A DNA stretch of 59,724 nucleotides, counting the filler. It is 3 parts of 3 records of this genome, joined end to end, with 100 filler letters (N's around TTAATTAATTAA, not from the genome) between each part and the next. Parts side by side here need not be neighbours in the genome. Positions count along the whole stretch, not along the records: positions 40,968 to 59,724 come from DRR723986_4150; 2 more parts are not named here. The stretch is one strand, 5' to 3'. A model generated the notes under the pieces. The model ran no database searches. It saw only the letters and a list, made by a program, of their open reading frames with translations, and was not told where the DNA came from. This document shows, one piece after another, positions 46,550 to 56,793 of the stretch. Every line of letters begins with the position of its first letter. Within the stretch, counting starts at the first letter, position 1. The translations under genes were made by a program, and so were the position numbers.

Positions 46550-47620
46550 TTAACTCTCCTTAATATTCTTGGGCGCGCGCGGAAGCGATATGCGAAACAC
46601 GGTGCGGCCCGGCACGGAATTAACCGAGATCCACCCGTCGTGGTCGCTGATGATCTTGCTGACCAAGGCCAGCCCCAGGCCGGTGCCGTTTTCGCGCCCG
46701 GAAACAAAGGGCTCGAAAATATCATTGGCAATCGCCTCGGGCAGGCCCGGGCCATCGTCGGTGATTTCAATCTGCAGAGGCAAAGAATGGCCACTGCCAT
46801 CGGCGCGGCGCAGGCGAAAGGCATGTTCGTAATAGGTGCGCAGCACAATCTTGCCACCATCAGGCGCGGCTTGGGCTGCGTTTTTCAACAGGTTCAGCAC
46901 CACCTGCAACAGCTGGTCAGGATCGGCCCAAGCCAAGGGCAGCGAGGGGTCGTAGTGTTCGACAATCTTCATATGCGCGCCAAAACCCAACAGCGCCGAG
47001 CGCCGCGCGCGATCAAGAACATCGTGTAAATTCATGGCCTTGCGGGCAGGTTCTGACAGGTTTCCAAACTGTTCCACCTGCTCAAGCAGCTTCACGATCC
47101 GCCGGGTTTCCCCCACGATCAAATCTGTCAGTTCTAAATCCTCGGGCCCCAAATTCATGCTCAGCAATTGCGCAGCCCCCGCAATGCCGGCCAAAGGGTT
47201 CTTGATTTCATGCGCCAGCATTTCGGCCATACCAATGGCCGATTTCGCCGCCGATTTCACCGAATGGCTTTGCGTCATCCGGCTGGCCAATTCGCGCGGG
47301 GCCACCAAAAACAGCATCTTTCCCGGATGCCCCAAAAGCGGCGAGATTTGCAGGTTGCATTGCAGCGGCGGCCTGTCGCCCGTGCCCACATCGACATCGT
47401 TGACAAACAGCGGTGTGCCAGCCGCACGGGCCCGGGCAAACGCCTCTTCCAGCGGCGCATCCACCGCCAGCCTGTCCCATACCGGGGCGCCGGCCACAGA
47501 TTTGGCCGAGGCGTTCAAAAACCCTTCAGCGGCGGGGTTGATCTGCTCGATCAGGTCATCAGCCCCCACCAGCAGCGCAGGCACCGGCAAGGAATTCCAC
47601 AGGGCGGCCTCGTCTCTCAT
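46550..47620 (-). CDS. ntrB: Nitrogen sensor kinase NtrB
   Basis: [32 protein letters not shown]; between dusB and ntrC. Confidence 0.95.
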   Translation of the reverse strand: MRDEAALWNSLPVPALLVGADDLIEQINPAAEGFLNASAKSVAGAPVWDRLAVDAPLEEAFARARAAGTPLFVNDVDVGTGDRPPLQCNLQISPLLGHPGKMLFLVAPRELASRMTQSHSVKSAAKSAIGMAEMLAHEIKNPLAGIAGAAQLLSMNLGPEDLELTDLIVGETRRIVKLLEQVEQFGNLSEPARKAMNLHDVLDRARRSALLGFGAHMKIVEHYDPSLPLAWADPDQLLQVVLNLLKNAAQAAPDGGKIVLRTYYEHAFRLRRADGSGHSLPLQIEITDDGPGLPEAIANDIFEPFVSGRENGTGLGLALVSKIISDHDGWISVNSVPGRTVFRISLPRAPKNIKES

Positions 47621-48597
47621 GCAGCGCATCTTTCGCGGTCATCGGCCCGGCCCAACAAGGCCAGCACCTGCGCGGGGTCGCGCTGGGTTAAGATTTCGCG
47701 GCGCAGTTTGGCGCAGGTGGCCAGATCATCCATATACCACCCCAAATGTTTGCGCGCCACGCGCAGCCCCAATTCGGCCCCGTAAAACCCCAGCATCGCC
47801 TCGTAATGGCCGCAGATCATATCCAGCAGCGCGCGCCCTTGTGGAATATCGGGCAGCACCCCATGGCCCAAACCATGCGCCACCTGCGCCAAAACCCATG
47901 GCCGCCCCTGCGCCCCGCGCCCAATCATCACACCATCCGCGCCCGATTGCTGCAGCGCTTTTTGCGCGTCTTTGGGGCTGGTGATATCGCCATTGGCCAC
48001 AACCGGAATATCCACCGCCGCTTTCACATCGGCAATCGCGGCCCAATCGGCATGGCCTTTGTAAAACTGGCACCGCGTGCGGCCGTGAATCACCACCATC
48101 TGCACCCCGGCCCCTTCGGCGCGGCGCGCCAATTCGGCGGCGTTCAGGCAGCTATCATCCCACCCCAGCCGGGTTTTGAGCGTCACGGGGATATCCACAG
48201 CCGCCACCACGGCCTCGATCAGCTGCAGCGCATGATCCAAATTGCGCATCAAGGCCGACCCAGACAGCCCCCCAACCACCTTTTTGGCCGGGCAGCCCAT
48301 ATTGATGTCAATCACCCGCGCGCCCATGCCCTCTACCTCTTTGGCCGCGCGCGCCATCCAATGCGCCTCGCGCCCCGCCAATTGCACCGAGGTGTTTTCA
48401 ACCTGCGCGCCCAATTCGGCACGTTCGCGCACACCGGGCTTTGCCTGCACCATCTCTTGGCTGGCCACCATCTCGCTCACCACCAACCCCGCACCAAAGC
48501 GCGACACAAGGGTGCGAAACGGCAAATCTGTGATGCCAGCCAAAGGGGCCAACAGAACCGGGCTAGACAGGGGTTTCTCTGCAATCGATAGCGGCAT
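47617..48597 (-). CDS. dusB: tRNA-dihydrouridine synthase DusB (NifR3)
   Basis: LAPLAGITD, DINMGCPAKKV, IHGRTR, VANGDI, MIGRG. Confidence 0.95.
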   Translation of the reverse strand: MPLSIAEKPLSSPVLLAPLAGITDLPFRTLVSRFGAGLVVSEMVASQEMVQAKPGVRERAELGAQVENTSVQLAGREAHWMARAAKEVEGMGARVIDINMGCPAKKVVGGLSGSALMRNLDHALQLIEAVVAAVDIPVTLKTRLGWDDSCLNAAELARRAEGAGVQMVVIHGRTRCQFYKGHADWAAIADVKAAVDIPVVANGDITSPKDAQKALQQSGADGVMIGRGAQGRPWVLAQVAHGLGHGVLPDIPQGRALLDMICGHYEAMLGFYGAELGLRVARKHLGWYMDDLATCAKLRREILTQRDPAQVLALLGRADDRERCAA

Positions 48598-48689
48598 GTG
48601 CCTAAACCTTGTGCGATATCACTTTCGTAACCTGTTGCCTTCACAGCCACAATGAATGCAACGTCTATTTCCTATACAAATCACCTAAA

Positions 48690-48708
48690 TTGCACAAATT
48701 TTGTGCAA
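48690..48708. promoter_or_regulatory. NtrC-type binding palindrome upstream of dusB-ntrBC
   Basis: TTGCACAAA-T-TTTGTGCAA matches TGCAC-N7-GTGCA; weaker TGCC-N9-TGCG at 48599-48615. Confidence 0.65.
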
Positions 48709-48787
48709 ACCTCCCCAGTGGCGCCCAGATCGTGGCAATTGCTCTTCCCCGCGCAAGGCCCTATTCATTGCAGAAAGGAGACCGCCC

Positions 48788-49957
48788 ATGCGCACCGCCG
48801 CCCTTATCGTTGCCGCCGGCCGTGGCACCCGCGCCGGCGGGGCCCTGCCCAAACAATGGCAAACCATCGCCGGGCGCCGCGTGGCAGACTGGACGCTTGA
48901 GGCCTTTGCCAGCCATCCCGGCATTGATCACATTGTGATGGTCATCAACCCCGCTGATGCCGAACTGGCGCCCAAGGGCGTGGAAACCACCGCCGGTGGC
49001 GCCACGCGTGCGCAATCGGTATTGGCCGGCCTGCAGGCGCTAGAGGGCAAAGGCATCGATCGGGTGCTGATCCACGATGTGGCCCGCGCCTGTGTCAGCC
49101 ACCCCGTGATCGATGGCGTTTTGGCGGCCCTCGCCCGCCACCCCGGCGCCGCCCCCGGGCTAGAGATCACCGATGCGCTTTGGCGCGGCGCCGCCACCGG
49201 CCAGCCGATCACCGCCACAGTATCGCGCCAGGGGCTCTTTCGCGCACAAACCCCACAAGGCTTTCACTTTGCCCAAATACTCGCAGCGCATCAGATGCAC
49301 CAAGGCGATGCGGCTGATGATGTCGAGGTGGCCCGCGCCGCCGGTCTTTCGGTTGTGATTACCCAAGGATGCGCGCAAAATCTTAAAATCACCCGCCCCG
49401 CAGATTTTCAGCGCGCGGCCCAGATCTTAGAACAGGAGCACCGCTTGCCCATGCCCGCCCTACCCGACATCCGCCTTGGCAATGGTTATGACGTGCACGC
49501 CTTTGGCCCCGGCGATCATGTCACGCTCTGCGGTGTGGCCCTGCCCCATGGCCGCGGGCTGATGGGGCATTCCGATGCCGATGTGGGCATGCATGCCATC
49601 ACCGATGCGATTTATGGCGCCTTGGCCCAGGGCGATATCGGGCGGCATTTCCCCCCGTCTGATCCGCAATGGAAGGGCGCCGACAGCGCCATATTCCTGG
49701 CCCATGCGGTGAAATTGGCGGCAGAGATGGGCTATGGCATCGGCAATATCGATTGCACCTTGGTGTGCGAGCAGCCCAAAATCGGGCCACATGCCGCGGC
49801 CATGCAGGCGCGGTTGGCGCAGATTATGGGCATCGCGCCCCAGCGCATTTCGGTCAAGGCCACCACATCCGAGCGGCTGGGCTTTACCGGCCGCGAAGAG
49901 GGGATCGCAGCGCTGGCCACCGCCACCCTGATCGGCGGGGCCACGCCATGCGCCTAA
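48788..49957 (+). CDS. ispDF: Bifunctional IspD/IspF
   Basis: [60 protein letters not shown]. Confidence 0.96.
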   Translation: MRTAALIVAAGRGTRAGGALPKQWQTIAGRRVADWTLEAFASHPGIDHIVMVINPADAELAPKGVETTAGGATRAQSVLAGLQALEGKGIDRVLIHDVARACVSHPVIDGVLAALARHPGAAPGLEITDALWRGAATGQPITATVSRQGLFRAQTPQGFHFAQILAAHQMHQGDAADDVEVARAAGLSVVITQGCAQNLKITRPADFQRAAQILEQEHRLPMPALPDIRLGNGYDVHAFGPGDHVTLCGVALPHGRGLMGHSDADVGMHAITDAIYGALAQGDIGRHFPPSDPQWKGADSAIFLAHAVKLAAEMGYGIGNIDCTLVCEQPKIGPHAAAMQARLAQIMGIAPQRISVKATTSERLGFTGREEGIAALATATLIGGATPCA

Positions 49958-50445
49958 GCCGCCTGATCGCGATTTTCTTTGGCGCAGGCCTTTTGCGCCC
50001 TGCCCCCGGCACCTGGGGCTCGGCCGTGGCGCTGGCCTTGGGGGTGGGGCTGCATATGCTGGGCCATTTCCCGCTGCTGGCCGCCGCAACCCTGGCCGCA
50101 ACAGCTGCGGGGTTTTGGGCCTGCGGGCGCGAATTGGCCGATCGCCCCGGCGATGACCCTTCGGAAATTGTGATCGACGAGGTGGCAGGCCAATGGCTGG
50201 CGCTATGCTTTCCCTCGCTTGGCTTTTGGCTGATGGGGTTGCCGGCCAGCAATTTCCCCTATCCCGGCTGGCTGGCGGCGTTTTTGTTTTTCCGCCTTTT
50301 TGATATTTGGAAACCATGGCTGGTGGGCCGGGCAGATCGGCGCCACGATGCGGCGGGCGTGATGCTAGATGATCTTTGGGCTGGTATATTCGCCGGGATC
50401 GCCACGATTTTGGCCGCCGGTCTTGCGCATGGGGTGTTGATGTGA
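49948..50445 (+). CDS. pgpA: Phosphatidylglycerophosphatase A
   Basis: [35 protein letters not shown]. Confidence 0.93.
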   Translation: MRLSRLIAIFFGAGLLRPAPGTWGSAVALALGVGLHMLGHFPLLAAATLAATAAGFWACGRELADRPGDDPSEIVIDEVAGQWLALCFPSLGFWLMGLPASNFPYPGWLAAFLFFRLFDIWKPWLVGRADRRHDAAGVMLDDLWAGIFAGIATILAAGLAHGVLM

Positions 50446-50927
50446 GCTTGGCCGAACAGGTAATTCACGCCTGCCGCGACAAGGGGCTTATGCTGAGCAT
50501 GGCAGAAAGCTGCACAGGCGGCCTGCTGGCCGCAGCCCTGACCGAGGTGCCCGGCGCCTCGGCCGTGGTCGAGCGCGGCTTTGTCACCTATACCAATGCC
50601 GCCAAAGAGCAGATGTTGGGCGTCAGCGCCGATACGCTGCGCCTGTATGGCGCTGTCTCGCCGCAGGTGGCGCAGGAAATGGCCCAAGGGGCGCTGGCCC
50701 GCTCGCAGGCCGATCTGGCCGTGGCCATCACCGGCATTGCCGGCCCCGGTGGATCTGAATTCAAGCCCGAGGGCCGCGTGTGTTTTGCCCTGGCCCAAAC
50801 CGGCCAGCCCACGCGCTGTGAAACGGTTGAGTTTGGCGCCTTGGGCCGCGCGAATGTGCGCCAAGCCAGCTGTCAGCATGCCCTTGAACAGATTCTATCA
50901 GCCATTCATGGAATGCCTAAAGTTTAG
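50442..50927 (+). CDS. cinA: CinA/PncC-family NMN deamidase
   Basis: AESCTGG, GFVTYTN, GAVS, ITGIAGPGG. Confidence 0.92.
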   Translation: MSLAEQVIHACRDKGLMLSMAESCTGGLLAAALTEVPGASAVVERGFVTYTNAAKEQMLGVSADTLRLYGAVSPQVAQEMAQGALARSQADLAVAITGIAGPGGSEFKPEGRVCFALAQTGQPTRCETVEFGALGRANVRQASCQHALEQILSAIHGMPKV

Positions 50928-50989
50928 GCATCACCCCAGATAAAACGCCACTTATTCAAGCGTTTTGAAATATGCCCCTATTCTGGGCG
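50913..50989. promoter_or_regulatory. Three NtrC-type boxes upstream of amt
   Basis: TGCC-N9-GGCA (50914-50930, perfect palindrome), CGCC-N9-AGCG (50946-50962), TGCC-N9-GGCG (50973-50989). Confidence 0.7.
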
Positions 50990-51086
50990 CCATTTTGCGC
51001 GCTTGCAGCTTTTTTTGGCATCCCTGATGCGGTTCAAGCCCCCAAAGCCGCGGCACAGTCGCGCAATACGATCAAGGGGACATCGA

Positions 51087-52265
51087 ATGAACGCAGCTGA
51101 TACCGCATGGATCATCGTCGCCACGGCGTTGGTTTTATTTATGACATTGCCGGGCCTGGCCCTGTTTTACGGCGGGCTTGTGCGCGCGCGCAACGTGCTC
51201 AGCGTGTTTATGCATTGCTATGCAATCGCCTGTTTGATGAGCGTGCTGTGGTTTGCCTTTGGCTATTCCATCGCCTTTGGCGGGGGCACACCCTATTGGG
51301 GTGGCTTGGGCAAGATGTTCCTATCAGGTATCGACAGCGAAACCCTGTCGGGCAGCCTGCCCGAAGTGCTGTTTTTCGCCTTTCAGATGACCTTTGCCAT
51401 CATCACCCCGGCGCTGATCGTGGGCGCCTATGTGGAGCGCATCGGCTTTGGCTTTGTGCTGCTGTTCTCGGCGCTGTGGATGCTGGTGTGCTACGCGCCA
51501 GTCACCCATTGGATCTGGGGCGGCGGTTTCTTGGCCGATGGCGGCATCTTTGGCGAAACCGGCGTGCGCGATTTTGCCGGTGGCATCGTTGTGCATGAAA
51601 CCGCCGGTTTGGCCGCCCTGGTTCTGGCGGTCATGCTGGGCGCGCGCAAAAACCAAACCACCCCGCCGCATAACCCGGGCTATGTGATGATCGGCGCCTC
51701 GATGCTGTGGGTGGGCTGGTTTGGCTTTAACGGCGGCAGCCAATTGGCGGCAGATGGGGGCGCGGCCATGGCGCTGACTGTCACGCATATTTCCGCCGCC
51801 ACCGCCTCGCTAACCTGGGCACTGTGGGAGCGGGTGAAATTTGGCAAATCGTCACTGGTGGGTCTGGTTACAGGCACCATTGCTGGCCTGGCCTCGATCA
51901 CCCCGGCATCGGGCTTTGTTGGCCCGGTCGAGGCGCTGGCCATCGGCGCCATTGCCGGCGTGCTGTGCCAAGAGGCGGTTGTGCTGGTGCGCAATGTGCT
52001 GAAAATCGACGATACGCTGGATGTGTTTGCCGTGCATGGCGTGGGCGGCATTTTCGGCACCATCATGATTGCCGCATTTGGCGCCGGCAGCTGGGCTGCA
52101 CAGCTGGGCAGCCTGGCGATTGTGGGCGTCTACACCGTGGTTGTCAGCGTGATCCTGGCCAAGCTGGTGGGGCTGGTCACGCCGCTGCGCGTGGATCAGG
52201 AAAGCGAATATAACGGGCTAGATATCACGGTGCATGGCGAACGCGCCTACGATCACAGCTCGTAA
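51087..52265 (+). CDS. Ammonium transporter (Amt family, no glnK; AmtY-like)
   Basis: FMTLPGLALFYGG, FQMTFAIIT, DFAGGIVVH, GWFGFNGGS, DDTLDVFAVHG. Confidence 0.95.
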   Translation: MNAADTAWIIVATALVLFMTLPGLALFYGGLVRARNVLSVFMHCYAIACLMSVLWFAFGYSIAFGGGTPYWGGLGKMFLSGIDSETLSGSLPEVLFFAFQMTFAIITPALIVGAYVERIGFGFVLLFSALWMLVCYAPVTHWIWGGGFLADGGIFGETGVRDFAGGIVVHETAGLAALVLAVMLGARKNQTTPPHNPGYVMIGASMLWVGWFGFNGGSQLAADGGAAMALTVTHISAATASLTWALWERVKFGKSSLVGLVTGTIAGLASITPASGFVGPVEALAIGAIAGVLCQEAVVLVRNVLKIDDTLDVFAVHGVGGIFGTIMIAAFGAGSWAAQLGSLAIVGVYTVVVSVILAKLVGLVTPLRVDQESEYNGLDITVHGERAYDHSS

Positions 52266-52281
52266 CAGCGCCGCTACCCGC

Positions 52282-52317
52282 AAAAACAGGCCCAAGGCAC
52301 CCTGCCTTGGGCTTTTT
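52282..52317. terminator. Intrinsic terminator between convergent genes, probably bidirectional
   Basis: AAAAA..GCCCAAGGCA-CCC-TGCCTTGGGC-TTTTT. Confidence 0.8.
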
Positions 52318-52343
52318 CGTGCCAGATTGCAGCAATCAGCGCG

Positions 52344-53606
52344 TCAAAGCCGCGCCCCCAGCGCATGCAACAGCCGCGCGCCGGTTTCGTAATATAACCC
52401 CTTGGTGCGGGCCAAAGGCACAGCATAGCCATCAATCGGCGCCAGCGGCAGGCCGGCCTCGTCGCCCGCCAGCAATGCCCCCGCACAGGCCGTGCCCATC
52501 ACCGTGCCGGGCGCGATACCCCGCCCAGAATAGCCATATACCGCCAAACCATTTGGCCCAATGCGCTGTATCTTGGGCAACTTATCCCCGGTCATGGCAA
52601 TACGCCCCGACCAGAAATAGTCAAATGCCTCGCCCGCCACCTGCGGGAACAGGCGCGCCAAAGCGCGGTTGGCCCAGGCGCGGTGCAGGCCCAGCTGATC
52701 GGGCAGGCCCATCGCCCCCAAAATCAACCGCCCCGCCGCGTCTTTGCGATACGAGGTCATCACGGTGCCCGTATCCCACGCCCCCTCGCCCCCCGGCAGA
52801 ATACTGCCCGCCAGATTGGGCGACAGCGGCCGCGTGGCCAGCTGAAAATAATGCACCGAGGTCAAACGCGGCAGTTTGGCGCCAGCGGCACCTTGGTGAT
52901 AGGCGTTTGTGGCCAAAAGCAGCCGCTCGGCCCGCAGCACCGATGCGCCTGCATGCACCTGCCACGCCTGCCCATCATGGGCGATGCGCTGCACGCTGAC
53001 ACCTTGGCAAATCTGCGCCCCCGCCTGTTGCGCCGCACGCGCCAGCCCGCGCACATAGCCCATGGGCTGCACGGTGCCTGCGCGCGCGTCAAACAAGGCG
53101 CCATGCACCGCAGGGCTGCCCACCGCCTGTTGCGCCCGGTGTGCATCGTAAATCTGCACAGGCGCCGCACGCCGCTGTTGCTGGGCAAACCGGGCCTGCA
53201 AATCGGCCATGCCTTTGGGCGCATGGGCGCAATGCAACGTGCCATTTTGCACCGCCTCGCAGGCAATGCCATGGCGCGCAATCAGGTCAAACACCTGCCC
53301 CGGCCCCGCGCCCAAAGCCGCGTTCAGCCGCTGCCCCGCCTCTTGGCCCAAAGCCGCCTCGACCTGATCGGGGGGCAACCATAGCCCGGCATTCACCAGC
53401 CCCACATTGCGCCCAGATCCGCCATGGCCCACCTCTTGGGCCTCAACCAACAGCACGCGCGCGCCCGCTTGCGCCGCAGCCAAAGCGGCCGAACAGCCCG
53501 TAAAGCCACCGCCAATCACCAACAGATCAACCGATGCCTGCGCCGGCAGCGCCATAGGCTTTATATATTCCTGGCAAGATGCCTGCCAAAGATTGCCACC
53601 GTTCAT
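52344..53606 (-). CDS. FAD-dependent oxidoreductase (DAO family; L-pipecolate oxidase AmaA-like)
   Basis: VIGGGFTG, GHGGSGRNVGLVNAGLW, GTLHCAH, AGTVQPMGY, GYSGRGIAPGT; downstream of gcdH. Confidence 0.8.
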   Translation of the reverse strand: MNGGNLWQASCQEYIKPMALPAQASVDLLVIGGGFTGCSAALAAAQAGARVLLVEAQEVGHGGSGRNVGLVNAGLWLPPDQVEAALGQEAGQRLNAALGAGPGQVFDLIARHGIACEAVQNGTLHCAHAPKGMADLQARFAQQQRRAAPVQIYDAHRAQQAVGSPAVHGALFDARAGTVQPMGYVRGLARAAQQAGAQICQGVSVQRIAHDGQAWQVHAGASVLRAERLLLATNAYHQGAAGAKLPRLTSVHYFQLATRPLSPNLAGSILPGGEGAWDTGTVMTSYRKDAAGRLILGAMGLPDQLGLHRAWANRALARLFPQVAGEAFDYFWSGRIAMTGDKLPKIQRIGPNGLAVYGYSGRGIAPGTVMGTACAGALLAGDEAGLPLAPIDGYAVPLARTKGLYYETGARLLHALGARL

Positions 53607-53747
53607 GTGTTCCTCATATCGCCCCGAATAGCGCTGATACCCCGATAAGCCCGCCCCCGGCCCCCATGCAATGCCAAAGCGCGCAACACACGCGAAATGG
53701 CGCCACCCCTGGGGGCAGCGCCATGCAAAAATCAATCTATAAACGCC

Positions 53748-54971
53748 TTAAAAGAAGGCTTGCAGCCCCGTTTGTGCACGCCCCAAGATCAGCGCATGCA
53801 CATCATGCGCCCCCTCGTAGGTATTCACCGTTTCCAGGTTCACCATATGGCGGATCACCCCAAACTCTAGGCTGATGCCGTTGCCGCCATGCATATCACG
53901 CGCCATGCGCGCAATATCCAGCGCCTTGCCACAATTGTTGCGCTTGACGATCGAGATCATCTCGGGCGCGGCTTTCGCCTCGTCCATCAGGCGGCCCACC
54001 CGCAGGCTGGCCTGCAGGCCCAGGGCGATCTCGGTCTGCATATCGGCCAGTTTCTTTTGATACAGCTGCGTTTGCGCCAGGGGGCGCTTGAACTGATGGC
54101 GGTCTAGCCCGTATTGGCGCGCGGCATGCCAGCAAAACTCGGCCGCGCCCAGAACCCCCCAGCTGATACCATAGCGCGCGCGGTTCAAACAGCCAAACGG
54201 CCCTTTCAGCCCCTCGATATGCGGCAGCAGCGCCTCTTCGCCCACTTCCACACCATCCATCACGATTTCCCCCGTGATCGAGGCGCGCAGGCTCATTTTC
54301 TTCTCGATTTTCGGCGCCGATAGCCCCTTCATGCCTTTTTCCAGGATAAAGCCGCGGATTTTGCCGCCATGGGCCTCGGATTTGGCCCATACCACAAAAA
54401 CATCCGCGATGGGGCTGTTGGAAATCCACATTTTCGAGCCGTTTAAAACATAGCCGCCATCAGTTTTCACCGCGCGTGTTTTCATGCCCGCCGGGTCAGA
54501 TCCTGCGTCAGGTTCGGTCAGGCCAAAACAGCCAATCCATTCGCCCGTGGCCAGTTTCGGCAGGTATTTCTGGCGCTGCTCTTCCGACCCATAGGCATAG
54601 ATCGGATACATCACCAGGCTTGATTGCACCGACATCATCGAGCGATAGCCGCTATCAACCCGCTCAACCTCGCGCGCCACCAGCCCATAGGCCACATAGC
54701 CACCGCCCAGGCCGCCATAGGCCTCGGGAATGGTGGTGCCCAACAGGCCCATACTGCCCATTTCGGCAAAAATTGCCGGGTCTGTATGCTCGTTCTGAAA
54801 GGCCTCCAAAACCCGCGGCTGCAGCTTTTCCTGGCAATAGGCGCGGGCGCTGTCGCGGATCATCCGCTCGTCCTCGCTCAGCTGATCGTCTAGGCGAAAG
54901 GCATCTTGCCAATCAAACGAGGAAAGGTCTGGCATGTCTTTGGCACGCAGGCTGGGTTTATCGTCTAGCAT
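53748..54971 (-). CDS. gcdH: Glutaryl-CoA dehydrogenase
   Basis: [51 protein letters not shown]-terminal QAFF. Confidence 0.93.
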   Translation of the reverse strand: MLDDKPSLRAKDMPDLSSFDWQDAFRLDDQLSEDERMIRDSARAYCQEKLQPRVLEAFQNEHTDPAIFAEMGSMGLLGTTIPEAYGGLGGGYVAYGLVAREVERVDSGYRSMMSVQSSLVMYPIYAYGSEEQRQKYLPKLATGEWIGCFGLTEPDAGSDPAGMKTRAVKTDGGYVLNGSKMWISNSPIADVFVVWAKSEAHGGKIRGFILEKGMKGLSAPKIEKKMSLRASITGEIVMDGVEVGEEALLPHIEGLKGPFGCLNRARYGISWGVLGAAEFCWHAARQYGLDRHQFKRPLAQTQLYQKKLADMQTEIALGLQASLRVGRLMDEAKAAPEMISIVKRNNCGKALDIARMARDMHGGNGISLEFGVIRHMVNLETVNTYEGAHDVHALILGRAQTGLQAFF

Positions 54972-55065
54972 CTCTGCCTCCTAAAGCTGTGATTGGGGCG
55001 ATTGTATCATGCGAAAACAGCAGTTAATATACCAATCACAACATAATAGCATGAGGTTTTCGCAT

Positions 55066-55977
55066 ATGTTGCCGCCGCGCCGCCTGATGCCCTCGCTCAC
55101 AGCCCTGCGCGCCATCGATGCGCTTGCGCGGCTGGGCAGCGCCACCGCCGTCGCCGAAGAGCTGGGCCTCACCCAAAGCGCCGTCAGCCGGCAATTGCAG
55201 GCGCTCGAACACCAGCTGGGCGCCCAGCTGATCGCCCGCAAAGGCCGCGGCATGGTGCTAACCCAAACAGGCCAGGATTACGTCACCCAAATCCGCCCCG
55301 CCCTGGCCCAAATCAGCCAAGCCGGGCTTAGCCTGCAAATGCAGCCCAGCGGCGCGGGCACGGTCAGCTTGGCGATTTTGCCAACCTTTGGCATGCGTTG
55401 GCTGGTGCCGCGCCTGCCTGAATTCACCCGCCGCCACCCCGAAGTCACGATCAACCTTTCCACCTGCCTGACATTGCCAGATTTTGCCACCGCCCCCTAT
55501 GATGCCGCCATCTATTTCGGCGCGCCCGATTTGCCCGGCTGCCACAGCCTGCAGCTGCGCAGCGAAAGCGTGCAGCCCGTCTGCGCCCCAGACCTGCTGC
55601 AACGCCTGCCCGTCACCCAGCCCGCCGATATCCTGAAACTGCCGCTGTTGCATATCCAGACCCGCCCCCATGCCTGGCCCGAATGGCTGGCCCGCCACGG
55701 CTTGGCAGCCCCCGCTGGCAGCGCCATGATTTTTGATCAGTTTTCCACCATCACCCAGGCCGCGCTGCATGGCCTGGGGGCGGCGCTGTTGCCGCATTAT
55801 CTGGCCGAACAAGACATCGCCACCGGCAGGCTGGTGCCGGTTTGGGGCGGGCCCGTTCAGGCCCGGGGCGCCTATCATCTGGTCTGGCCACGCCTGCGCC
55901 CCCCCAGCCCCGCACTGCTTGCCCTGCGCGACTGGCTTGCCACCCAATCCGAAGATGGCGACAGCCTGCCCCGCTAG
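55066..55977 (+). CDS. LysR-family regulator (GcvA/GcdR-like), divergent from gcdH
   Basis: LTQSAVSRQLQALE HTH, LPTFGMRWLVPRL. Confidence 0.92.
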   Translation: MLPPRRLMPSLTALRAIDALARLGSATAVAEELGLTQSAVSRQLQALEHQLGAQLIARKGRGMVLTQTGQDYVTQIRPALAQISQAGLSLQMQPSGAGTVSLAILPTFGMRWLVPRLPEFTRRHPEVTINLSTCLTLPDFATAPYDAAIYFGAPDLPGCHSLQLRSESVQPVCAPDLLQRLPVTQPADILKLPLLHIQTRPHAWPEWLARHGLAAPAGSAMIFDQFSTITQAALHGLGAALLPHYLAEQDIATGRLVPVWGGPVQARGAYHLVWPRLRPPSPALLALRDWLATQSEDGDSLPR

Positions 55978-56021
55978 GGATCACCCATTCATCTTGCGAA
56001 AAATACTCTGGGGGGCCCCGG

Positions 56022-56094
56022 GGGGCAAAGCCCCCCAAATAATAGGGCTTGGGGCAAAGCCCCCCAAATAATAGGACGTGGGGCAAAGCCCCCC
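56022..56094. repeat. Tandem REP-like hairpin repeat (3 copies, 29-bp period)
   Basis: GGGGCAAAGCCCCCC(AAATAATAGG) at 56022, 56051 and 56080 between convergent genes. Confidence 0.85.
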
Positions 56095-56102
56095 GTAACG
56101 CA

Positions 56103-56792
56103 TCAGCCCAAGGCATAGCCCGCGCCGCGCACGGTGCGCAGCGGATCACCGCCGCCAAAACGCGTCAGCGCCTTGCGCAGCCGCCCGATATGCACATCTA
56201 CCGTGCGCGTATCGACATAAATATCGCGCCCCCAAACCCGATCAAGCAGCTGTTCACGGCTCCACACCCGGCCTGGCTTTTCCATAAATGTCGACAGCAG
56301 GCGAAACTCGGTCGGCCCCAGTTTCAACTCTTGGCCATCGCGCATCACCCGGTGGGTTTCCGCATCCAGCACAATATCGTCAAATTCCAGCCTTTGGCCC
56401 ACCGCCGCCGGGCGGGTGCGGCGCAGCTGGGTGCGCACGCGCGCCATCAGCTCGACCAGCGAATAGGGTTTCACCACATAGTCATCTGCCCCGGTTTCCA
56501 ACCCACGCACCCGGTCTACCTCTTCCGAGCGGGCCGATAGCATGATCACCGGTATTTTCCGGGTCTCGTTGCGCAGTTTCAGCCGGCGGCACACTTCGAT
56601 GCCAGACAGGTTGGGCATCATCCAATCCAGCACGATCAGATCTGGCGCCTCTTCATCCACCAGCATCAACGCATCTTCGCCATTATCGGCGCTGATCACG
56701 TAAAACCCTTCGGCTTCGAGATTATAGGCCAATACCTCGCGCTGCGCGGCCTCGTCCTCGACCAGCAAGACCCGCGGTTGATCGGCAGACAT
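56103..56792 (-). CDS. phoB: Phosphate regulon response regulator
   Basis: LDWMMP, GADDYVVKP, LGPTEFRLL, RTVDVHIGRLRK, RTVRGAGY. Confidence 0.96.
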   Translation of the reverse strand: MSADQPRVLLVEDEAAQREVLAYNLEAEGFYVISADNGEDALMLVDEEAPDLIVLDWMMPNLSGIEVCRRLKLRNETRKIPVIMLSARSEEVDRVRGLETGADDYVVKPYSLVELMARVRTQLRRTRPAAVGQRLEFDDIVLDAETHRVMRDGQELKLGPTEFRLLSTFMEKPGRVWSREQLLDRVWGRDIYVDTRTVDVHIGRLRKALTRFGGGDPLRTVRGAGYALG

Positions 56793-56793
56793 C

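Noticed and set aside
56022-56094. Possible mini-CRISPR
   Set aside because: 29-bp period with only about 4 variable nt, no unique spacers and no cas genes
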